Positions 14,801-26,800 of a stretch of 48,684 nt of DNA are shown piece after piece. Source of the DNA: Nemertoderma westbladi (taxonomy: Eukaryota > Animalia > Xenacoelomorpha); assembly GCA_032718475.1 (NCBI GenBank), contig JAUCBJ010004280.1, positions 1 through 48,684 of the forward strand, given 5' to 3'. The notes below the pieces were generated by a model. That model was not told the DNA's origin. It made no database searches and saw only the letters and a program-made list of their open reading frames with translations. A program made the position numbers and the translations under genes. Numbering within the stretch: the stretch's first letter is position 1; each line of letters starts with the position of its first letter.

Positions 14801-17800
14801 TAGTTTTTAATAAATATATATTGTAGTCTGTTAAACGTTTTTAGGCTATTTCATTCCTACCTGTTAGTTTTTTAATAAAAATTGTAAATCCCTGAATACC
14901 GATACCTCTGGAGATGATCATTTTATATTATTTATATTATATGAGTTTTCTCGATTTTACAACACTAATATTATAATATATTCCCCATGAAATTTTTTTT
15001 TATATATCCCCAATGGTTCCCGTACCGCGTTGTTTCTATATCCCCAATGGTTCCCGTACCGCGTTGTTTCTATATCCCCAATGGTTCCAGTACCGCGTTG
15101 TTTCTATATCTCCAATGGTTCCAGTACCGCGTTGTTTCTATATCCCCAATGGTTCCCGTACCGCGTTGTTTCTATATCTCCAATGGTTCCAGTACCGCGT
15201 TGTTTCTATATCCCCAATGGTTCCAGTACCGCGTTGTTTCTATATCTCCAATGGTTCCAGTACCGCGTTGTTTCTATATCCCCAATGGTTCCAGTACCGC
15301 GTTGTTTCTATATCCCCAATGGTTCCAGTACCGCGTTGTTTCTATATCCCCAATGGTTCCCGTACCGCGTTGTTTCTATATCCCCAATGGTTCCCGTACC
15401 GCGTTGTTTCTATATCCCCAATGGTTCCAGTACCGCGTTGTTTCTATATCTCCAATGGTTCCAGTACCGCGTTGTTTCTATATCCCCAATGGTTCCCGTA
15501 CCGCGTTGTTTCTATATCCCCAATGGTTCCCGTACCGCGTTGTTTCTATATCCCCAATGGTTCCCGTACCGCGTTGTTTCTATATCCCCAATTGTTCCCG
15601 TACCGCGTTGTTTCTATATCCCCAATGGTTCCCGTACCGCGTTGTTTCTATATCCCCAATGGTTCCCGTACCGCGTTGTTTCTATATCCCCAATGGTTCC
15701 AGTACCGCGTTGTTTCTATATCCCCAATGGTTCCCGTACCGCGTTGTTTCATGGGCAGAGGGATTGCGCTGGAACTTGGCATGTGCGTATAACTTTAACC
15801 AGCGGTCGTTATAGGCCACTTTTCGAAAAGTTTAATTCACGTTCGGTACCGGTACTGGGTACCGGTACGTCAGTAGGCCTATACCGGTACCAGTACGCCA
15901 GTAGGCCTAATCCGGTAGCGGGAAATACCGGGTAACATGCCTCGGGTATTGCGTGCTAGTATTTTATATAAAAACCTATTGGATATAGTTTTTTCATTAA
16001 CTAGTATAATTAATTATTATAGTAATAAAAATCATTATTTAAGTGAAAATTTGTTTAATTATCATAGTTACTGGACCCTTTTATATGTCAACACAATGTA
16101 CCAAATTCCAAGAGTATTTATTTTTTATAATTTCTGAATTAAGCCATTATTCTGAGTTGCGAATATACCGATATCTATGTCATTAAAGACATCTTATCGT
16201 CAGCGCTGAAACCTGTCCAAATCATAACAACTCCTAGCTGATTATCGCCAGCACTCAAACTTCTCCAGTCTCCACACCATTACAACTCTAAATATTTGTA
16301 TTTTCCATAAAACTAGTAGAAAACAATCACTGTAATTATAGATCCTATATTTTTGTAAATATTAACTTTCATTATGTATTTCCCTGGATTGTTTAAATGT
16401 TTTCTTTATTCTTTTTTACCTTTCTGGTTTTTAGGGCTGCTATTTTTCTGACACTCAAGTGTACATTCTTTATTGAATTTCGCGTTTTCTAGGTGTTTTG
16501 GTGACAAGATATTCGCTGGGTTTATTATTACTTGAATTATAATTATAATTATACAATTTTAACTAATATTTGAGTTATAGCAATATTTTATATATACATT
16601 AAATGAACAGATACAGCATAGGTCAATTACATATAATAACATTTATTTTCAAATTATAGTATAAAATATTACAAGTAGGAAAGTGTAGTTGCACGGTAGC
16701 ACGATGTGTAGTTACAACGTGGCACAATGTGTAGTGCTCGGTGGCACATAGTGTTGGTGAACGGAGGCTCAAAGTGTAGTTGCACGGTGGCTCAAAGTGT
16801 AGTTACACGGTGGCTCGGAATGTAGTTGCACAAACTGTAGTTGAACGATGACACAATGTGTAGTTGCACAGTGGCACAAACTGTAGTGGAACGGTGGCAG
16901 AAAGTTAGTTGCACGGTGGCACAACGTGTAGTTATGTGATGGAAAAAGTGTAATTCAATGGAGGCACACAGTGAAGTTACACAGTGGCACATAGTGTAGT
17001 TGCACAATGTGTAGTTGAACGGTGACACAATGTGTAGTTGCACGGTGGCACAAACTGTAGTGGAACGGTGGTAATATGTATTGTTGCACGGTGTCACAAT
17101 GTGTAGTTGCACAGTGGCACAAACTGTAGTGGAACGGTGGCAGAAAGTGCAGTTACATGGTGGCACAACGTGTAGTTATGTGATGGCAAAAGTGTAATTC
17201 AATGGCACAGTTACACAGTGGCACACAGTGTAGTTGCACAATGTGTAGTTATACGGTGGTACACCGTGTAGTTATGTGATGGCACAAAGTGTAATTTCAC
17301 GGTGACACAAAGTATAGTTGCACGATGACACAAACTGTAGTTGAACTGTGACACAATGTGTTGTTGCACGGTGTCACAAAGTGTAGTTGCACGGTGACAC
17401 AATGTGTAGTTGCACGGTGACACAAACTGTAGTGGAACGGTGGTAATATGTATTGTTGCACGGTGTCACAAAGTGTAATTTCACGGTGACACAAAGTATA
17501 GTTGAACGGTGACACAATGTGTAGTTGCACGGTGGCACAAACTGTAGTGGAACGGTGGTAATATGTATTGTTGCACGGTGTCACAAAGTGTAATTTCACG
17601 GTGACACAAAGTATAGTTGAACGGTGTCACAATGTGTAGTTGCACGGTGACACAAAGTGTAGTTGTATGGTGGCACAACTTGCAGTTGAGCGGTGGCACA
17701 AAGTGTAGTTGAACGGTGGCACAAAGTGTAGTTGTATTGTGGCTCAACTTGCAGTTGAACGGTGGCACAAAGTGTAGTTGAACGGTGGTAATATGTATTG

Positions 17801-20800
17801 TTGCACGGTGTCACAAAGTGTAGTTGCACGGTGACACAAAGTGTAGTTGTATGGTGGCACAACTTTCAGTTGAGCGGTGGCACAAAGTGTAGTTGAACGG
17901 TGGCACAAAGTGTAGTTGCACGGTGACACAAAGTGAAGTTGTATGGTGGCACAACTTGCAGTTAAACGGTGGCTCAAAGTGTAGTTGAACGGTGGTAATA
18001 TGTATTGTTGCACGGTGTCACAAAGTGTAGTTGCACGGTGACACAAAGTATAGTTGCACGATGACACAAACTGTAGTTGAACGGTGACTCAATGTGTAGT
18101 TGCACAGTGGCACAAACTGTAGTGGAACGGTGGCAGAAAGTGTAGTTGCACGGTGGCACAACGTGTAGTTCTGTGATGGCAAAAGTGTAATTCAATGGTG
18201 GCACAAAGTGAAGTTACACAGTGGCACATAGTGTAGTTATACGCTGGTACACCGTGTAGTTATGTGATGGCACAAAGTGTAATTTCACGGTGACACAAAG
18301 TATAGTTGCACGATAACACAAACTGTAGTTGAACTGTGACACAATGTGTAGTTGCACGGTGGCACAAACTTTAGTTGAACGGTGATAAAATGTATTGTTG
18401 CACGGTGTCACAAAGTGTAGTTGCACGGTGACACAAAGTGTAGTTGTATGGTGGCACAACTTGCAGTTGAGCGGTGGCACAAAGTGTAGTTGAACGGTGA
18501 CACAAAGTGTAGTTGTATGGTGGCACAACTTGCAGTTGAACGGTGGCACAAAGTGTAGTTGAACGGCGGCACAAAGTGTAGTTGAACGGTGGCAGAAAGT
18601 GTAGTTGAACGGTGGCACAAAGTGTAGTTGAACGGTGGCAGAAAGTGTAGTTGAAAGGTGGCACAAAGTGTAGTTGAACGGTGGCAGAAAGTGTAGTTGA
18701 ACGGTGGCACAAAGTGTAGTTGAACGGTGGCAGAAAGTGTAGTTGAACGGTGGCACAAAGTGTAGTTGAACGGTGGCAGAAAGTGTAGTTGAACGGTGGC
18801 ACAAAGTGTAGTTGAACGGTGGCAGAAAGTGTAGTTGAACGGTGGCACAAAGTGTAGTTGAACGGTGGCACAAAGTGTAGTTGAACGGTGGCACAAAGTG
18901 TAGTTGAACGGTTTCACAAAGTGTAGTTGAACGGTGGCAGAAAGTGTAGTTGAACGGTGGCACAAAGTGTAGTTGAACGGTGGCACAAAGTGTAGTTGAA
19001 TGGCGGTACAAAGAGTAGTTGAACGGTGGCACAAAGTGTAGTTGAACGGTGGCAGAAAGTGTAGTTGAACGGTGGCACAAAGTGTAGTTGAACGGTGGCA
19101 CAAAGTGTAGTTGTATGGTGGCACAAAGTGTAGTTGTATGGTGGCACAAAGTGTAGTTGTATGGTGGCACAAAGTGTAGTTGTATGGTGGCACAAAGTGT
19201 AGTTGTATGGTGGCACAAAGTGTAGTTGAACGGTGGCACAAAGTGTAGTTGCACGGTGACACAAAGTGTAGTTGTATGGTGGCACAAAGTGTAGTTGTAT
19301 GGTGGCACAAAGTGTAGTTGAACGGTGGCACAAAGTGTAGTTGCACGATGACACAAAGTGTAGTTGTATGGTGGCACAAAGTGTAGTTGTATGGTGGCAC
19401 AAAGTGTAGTTGTATGGTGGCACAAAGTGTAGTTGAACGGCGGCACAAAGTGTAGTTGAATGGCGGTACAAAGTGTAGTTGTATGGTGGCACAAAGTGTA
19501 GTTGAATGGCGGTACAAAGTGTAGTTGAATGGTGGCACAAAGTGTAGTTGAATGGCGGCACAAAGAGTAATTACATTTCTTAGGGAAACTTTCTTTTTAG
19601 TTTTTACTATTGCCAATAAAATTTAGTTATTTTCTCGAATAATTTTTCTTTGACTTGTTGAAATGGCAGTTAATGGCAGTTAATATCTTGTTATAATTTG
19701 TTTACTTTGAAAGTAATCGATATCTTGAAAATTACATTTTGAAATGTCGAAATGTCACATTGATTCCTTTAGATTTGGTTAAGACTAATCACAAGTTTAC
19801 CTTTCAGCAACTTAAAAAAAACACGCGTATTTTTGGCATGAAAGCTGTTTATTTTTTCAAGCAGTATAGATTAGGCAGATTTTGCTCCAAATTAATTAAT
19901 TAGTAACTGTTAGCGCGATTTATTCTGTTAAAGCATTTAGTAAATGTAGTGCTTGCTTTTCCCACAGTGAAGTCTCCTTGGATATGGGTGATGATCATGT
20001 ACTCTTAGAAAATGGTACAATCAATATTAGTGCACCTGAACTAACTACCATACTACCGTCATCGGCGAGGTATTATATACCCATACTAATGAGTCACCGT
20101 TGCATCCACAACACCATAACACACCGCGCTCCTTTATTTAGTGCACTTTATGTTTGTCTTGTATAAACCCACTTATTTTTCGTTATTTATTTTTTGTGTC
20201 GTGTGTAAGTGTATAAAGTTAAACCTTTTTTTCCCCTATGAACAACCCCTCATCTTTATTGCAACCTTTAGTGATTATTTATTCCATTGTTTTTACCCTC
20301 CAATTATAATACTTGTCTTCGTATGTATGTACCCCTCACCCAACCCTGTACCACCGTATGTTAAATTATATATTGTATGAATATATAGTATATATTGTAT
20401 GTATAAATTATATATATATTATATATATTTATATATAATTATATATGTTGGGATTTTTATAATATACACGCAGTAATATTAAATATTTATATATTAAATA
20501 TTTATTTAATATGTGTCCATTAGTTTTCATTTATAACGAAAAGACCCCCCAACACTAGAAAAACTATTATGCAAAATTTGTCTATAATTATTGGATTATT
20601 GTTCGCAAAATATTCATTTAAACTTAGTTTCGGTTTATCCCGTTGGCTTTAAAACGTTGCTCTAGGCGAAAACACTGTTGGTTGCGATTTTATTTAACGC
20701 TTAGGGTTGTCTGCAGTATTATATTTGTTGTTGTTTGAACTTAGTGTAAACAACAATGTACAATTTTTAAAAGCCACTGTTACTTTAAACCGGCAAAACT

Positions 20801-23800
20801 TTAGCAAAAACTTTAAATGTTCATATCTTTTGATTGCGTTAACGAAATTCGTCGATTTTGGGCTTGTTTTATAGCTCTTGATAAACCCAACAACATACTT
20901 TATTTGATATTAATTGATATTAATTATTAGTAATCGTATTTTCATTTGTATTTTTACTGTTTATAGTAGATCCAGTGTAGATTTGGGCGCAACTTTAAAC
21001 GTATACGTTTTTAATACGCAGCTCCAGAGATACCCAAGGCAGACATGTTTTAGTCTTTATATGTTTTGAAGAGACAATGTGAGATAATATAAAAATTAGG
21101 TTCTAGACATAAAACATGGGGTTTGGAAAATATGGGTTTTCTCAAAGAATATTACCGAACTTTGAAGGTTCACTGTTACTGGTAAATTAGATCTAGTGGC
21201 ACAATTACCCATGTTGAAGATAATTTATGGGCTTTGGGTGCTTTCTATAACTAACCAATTGATGTGACCATATCATCTCCTATGGCGAAGCTATTGCCAA
21301 GAATGCGCCACTAATTGAATGCCACCCCAAATTAGATGATTTAACACCAAAATAAATCATTTTGCACTAAATATATTTTTTTGAGCACCAATTCACATTC
21401 CCCAATTTTGAATATCCCTCTTACCAAAAACAATTACTCATCCCCCAAAAACAATTATCATCCTCCAAAAACAATTATTTATCCCCCGAAAACAATTATT
21501 CTATCCCCAAAACAATTATTGATTCCCCAAAAACAATTATTCATCCCCCAAAAATAATTACTTGTCAACCTAAAAAAATTATTATAGCGCCAAATATTTT
21601 AAATTAACTACGCTTTGGCCAGTTGCCATGCTTCAGTTACAATATTCGTACCGATTTGTTTTGGGGGATAATGTATATATTTTGGGCGAAAATGTATTTG
21701 TTTTGGGGGAAAATTAATATATTTTGGGGGAAAATGTATTTGTTTTGGGGGAAAATGTATTTATTTTGGGCGAAAGTGGATTTATTTTGGGCGAAAATGT
21801 ATTTGTTTTGGGCGAAAATGTATTTGTTTTGGGGGAAAATGTATTTGTTTTGGGGGGAAATGTATTTGTTTTGGGGGGAAATGTATTTGTTTTGGGGGAA
21901 AATGTATTTGTTTTGGAAAAAATGTATTTGTTTTGGGAAAATTTGTAATTATTTTGGGGGTTTTGTCATTTATTTTGGTTTGAATAATTGATTTTGGTGT
22001 TGAATAATTGTTTTTGGTGTTGAAAAATTTATTTTGGTGTTTGAATAATTTTTTTGGGGTCACATTATTTAATTTGGTGTAAAATAATTTTTTTTGGTGA
22101 AATTTTCATCAATTTTGGGATGACTTTAATTGGTTGGTAGCCTCAAGAATGTAACACCAACTCCGAAAAAAACATAAAAATGTAGATCGTGAACTCAATT
22201 TTCGAGGTGCTATAAATTTTGGTAACGTTGACGTGTTTATATTGAGTCACCACTATTTTAAATACTTCCAAGGTACTCAACCATGAAATAAATCACATTT
22301 GATAAAAATTGACTGTTTGTTCCACGCCGAGCCTAAACTACTTTTGTAGTCGTTAGACTACAAACTACGTTTGTAGGCCGCGGAAAATGTAGACTTTGGG
22401 AAAACGCACAGAAACATCGCCAAAAGATCTACAAAATTTATAACCAAACTCTAAAATTCAGTTCTATTTCGGAATACGTTTTATTCAAATTCTAAAATTC
22501 AGTTCTATTTCGGAATACGTTTTATTCAAAGTCTAAAATTCAGTTCTATTTCGGAATACGTTTTATTCAAATTCTAAAATTCAGTTCTATTTCGGAATAC
22601 GTTTTATTCAAAGTCTAAAATTCAGTTCTATTTCGGAATACGTTTTATTCAAAGTCTAAAATTCAGTTCTATTTCGGAATACGTTTTATCCAAAGTCTAA
22701 AATTCAGTTCTATTTCGGAATACGTTTTATTCAAAGTCTAAAATTCAGTTCTATTTCGGAATAGGTTTTATTCAAAGTCTAAAATTCAGTTCTATTTCGG
22801 AATACGTTTTATCCAAAGTCTAAAATTCAGTTCTATTTCGGAATACGTTTTATCCAAAGTCTAAAATTCAGTTCTAGTTCGGAATACGTTTTATTCAAAG
22901 TCTAAAATTCAGTTCTATTTCGGAATACGTTTTATTAAAAGTCTAAAATTCAGTTCTATTTCGGAATACGTTTTATTCAAAGTCTAAAATTCAGTTCTAG
23001 TTCGGAATACGTTTTATTCATTCAAAGTCTAAAATTCAGTTCTATTTCGGAATACGTTTTATTCAAAGTCTAAAATTCAGTTCTATTTCGGAATACGTTT
23101 TATTCAAAGTCTAAAATTAAGTTCTATTACGGAATACGTTTTATTCAAAGTCTAAAATTCAGTTCTAGTTCGGAATACGTTTTATTAAAAGTCTAAAATT
23201 CAGTTCTATTTCGGAATACGTTTTATTCAAAGTCTAAAATTCAGTTCTATTTCGGAATACGTTTTATTCAAAGTCTAAAATTCAGTTCTATTTCGGAATA
23301 CGTTTTATTCAAAGTCTAAAATTCAGTTCTATTTCGGAATACGTTTTATTCAAAGTCTAAAATTCAGTTCTATTTCGGAATAGGTTTTATTCAAAGTCTA
23401 AAATTCAGTTCTGTTTCGGAATACGTTTTATTCAAAGTCTAAAATTCAGTTCTATTTCGGAATACGTTTTATTCAAAGTCTAAAATTCAGTTCTATTTCG
23501 GAATAGGTTTTATTCAAAGTCTAAAATTCAGTTCTATTTCGGAATACGTTTTATTCAAAGTCTAAAATTCAGTTCTATTTCGGAATAGGTTTTATTCAAA
23601 GTCTAAAATTCAGTTCTATTTCGGAATACGTTTTATTCAAAGTCTAAAATTCAGTTCTATTTCGGAATACGTTTTATTCAAAGTCTAAAATTCAGTTCTA
23701 TTTCGGAATACGTTTTATTCAAAGTCTAAAATTCAGTTCTATTTCGGAATAGGTTTTATTCAAAGTCTAAAATTCAGTTCTGTTTCGGAATACGTTTTAT

Positions 23801-26800
23801 TCAAAGTCTAAAATTCAGTTCTATTTCGGAATACGTTTTATTCAAAGTCTAAAATTCAGTTCTATTTCGGAATAGGTTTTATTCAAAGTCTAAAATTCAG
23901 TTCTATTTCGGAATACGTTTTATTCAAAGTCTAAAATTCAGTTCTGTTTCGGAATACGTTTTATCCAAAGTCTAAAATTCAGTTCTATTTCGGAATACGT
24001 TTTATTCAAAGTCTAAAATTCAGTTCTATTTCGGAATAGGTTTTATTCAAAGTCTAAAATTCAGTTCTATTTCGGAATACGTTTTATCCAAAGTCTAAAA
24101 TTCAGTTCTATTTCGGAATACGTTTTATCCAAAGTCTAAAATTCAGTTCTAGTTCGGAATACGTTTTATTCAAAGTCTAAAATTCAGTTCTATTTCGGAA
24201 TACGTTTTATTAAAAGTCTAAAATTCAGTTCTATTTCGGAATACGTTTTATTCAAAGTCTAAAATTCAGTTCTAGTTCGGAATACGTTTTATTCATTCAA
24301 AGTCTAAAATTCAGTTCTATTTCGGAATACGTTTTATTCAAAGTCTAAAATTCAGTTCTATTTCGGAATACGTTTTATTCAAAGTCTAAAATTAAGTTCT
24401 ATTACGGAATACGTTTTATTCAAAGTCTAAAATTCAGTTCTAGTTCGGAATACGTTTTATTAAAAGTCTAAAATTCAGTTCTATTTCGGAATACGTTTTA
24501 TTCAAAGTCTAAAATTCAGTTCTATTTCGGAATACGTTTTATTCAAAGTCTAAAATTCAGTTCTATTTCGGAATACGTTTTATTCAAAGTCTAAAATTCA
24601 GTTCTATTTCGGAATACGTTTTATTCAAAGTCTAAAATTCAGTTCTATTTCGGAATAGGTTTTATTCAAAGTCTAAAATTCAGTTCTGTTTCGGAATACG
24701 TTTTATTCAAAGTCTAAAATTCAGTTCTATTTCGGAATATGTTTTATTCAAAGTCTAAAATTCAGTTCTATTTCGGAATAGGTTTTATTCAAAGTCTAAA
24801 ATTCAGTTCTATTTCGGAATACGTTTTATTCAAAGTCTAAAATTCAGTTCTATTTCGGAATAGGTTTTATTCAAAGTCTAAAATTCAGTTCTATTTCGGA
24901 ATACGTTTTATTCAAAGTCTAAAATTCAGTTCTATTTCGGAATACGTTTTATTCAAAGTCTAAAATTCAGTTCTATTTCGGAATACGTTTTATTCAAAGT
25001 CTAAAATTCAGTTCTATTTCGGAATAGGTTTTATTCAAAGTCTAAAATTCAGTTCTGTTTCGGAATACGTTTTATTCAAAGTCTAAAATTCAGTTCTATT
25101 TCGGAATACGTTTTATTCAAAGTCTAAAATTCAGTTCTATTTCGGAATAGGTTTTATTCAAAGTCTAAAATTCAGTTCTATTTCGGAATACGTTTTATTC
25201 AAAGTCTAAAATTCAGTTCTGTTTCGGAATACGTTTTATTCAAAGTCTAAAATTCAGTTCTATTTCGGAATACGTTTTATTCAAAGTCTAAAATTCAGTT
25301 CTATTTCGGAATACGTTTCATTCAAAGTCTAAAATTCAGTTCTATTTCGGAATAGGTTTTATTCAAAGTCTAAAATTCAGTTCTGTTTCGGAATACGTTT
25401 TATTCAAAGTCTAAAATTCAGTTCTATTTCGGAATACGTTTTATTCAAAGTCTAAAATTCAGTTCTATTTCGGAATACGTTTCATTCAAAGTCTAAAATT
25501 CAGTTCTATTTCGGAATACGTTTCATTCAAAGTCTAAAATTCAGTTCTATTTCGGAATAGGTTTTATTCAAAGTCTAAAATTCAGTTCTATTTCGGAATA
25601 CGTTTTATTCAAAGTCTAAAATTCAGTTCTGTTTCGGAATAGGTTTTATTCAAAGTCTAAAATTCAGTTCTATTTCGGAATAGGTTTTATTCAAAGTCTA
25701 AAATTCAGTTCTATTTCGGAATAGGTTTTATTCAAAGTCTAAAATTCAGTTCTGTTTCGGAATACGTTTTATTCAAAGTCTAAAATTCAGTTCTATTTCG
25801 GAATAGGTTTTATTCAAAGTCTAAAATTCAGTTCTATTTCGGAATAGGTTTTATTCAAAGTCTAAAATTCAGTTCTGTTTCGGAATACGTTTTATTCAAA
25901 GTCTAAAATTCAGTTCTATTTCGGAATACGTTTTATTCAAAGTCTAAAATTCAGTTCTATTTCGGAATACGTTTCATTCAAAGTCTAAAATTCAGTTCTA
26001 TTTCGGAATACGTTTTATCCAAAGTCTAAAATTCAGTTCTATTTCGGAATACGTTTTATCCAAAGTCTAAAATTCAGTTCTATTTCGGAATACGTTTTAT
26101 TCAAAGTCTAAAATTCAGTTCTATTTCGGAATACGTTTTATTCAAAGTCTAAAATTCAGTTCTATTTCGGAATACGTTTTATTCAAATTCTAAAATTCAG
26201 TTCTATTTCGGAATACTTTTTATTCAAATTCTAAAATTCAGTTCTATTTCGGAATACGTTTTATTCAAAGTCTAAAATTCAGTTCTATTTCGGAATACTT
26301 TTTATTCAAAGTCTAAAATTCAGTTCTATTTCGGAATACGTTTTATTCAATAATAATAATAATATTCCACGATTTAGGTCTTATTTACTTTTAAATCCAT
26401 TAAATGTAACGATTTTAAACAAACACATGTATAGGGATATGATATAGGTTGTTTCAAAAAAATTAAAACCCTTAAGACAAATTCGATTATTAAGTTTTAA
26501 AAATATAAAACAAATCTCCCTCTATAATAATAAACAACAATTCTAGCTCCTGGTTGGTTGTTTCCAATTTTATATCAACGTTTCCCGGGCTTACTCTATT
26601 TATAATAGTAAAATGTGTTATATAGGTTGTTTTAAAAAATATTTCTTTATCATGGAGTCTATGCAAAACTGGCATAGTTGGTTTTAAAACGATAAATATC
26701 TTAGTTATATGTGGGAGTATGGCCTTCTAAGTGAGTTAATCGGATTCAGAATACATTTTAACATAAACAAATGTAGCAATCTCCATTTCGGCAAAAATGG

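Noticed and set aside
14987-19616. Repetitive ORFs over the 34-bp and 23-bp arrays
   Set aside because: Frame-rotating translations of non-3n tandem units, with no domain or splice support.
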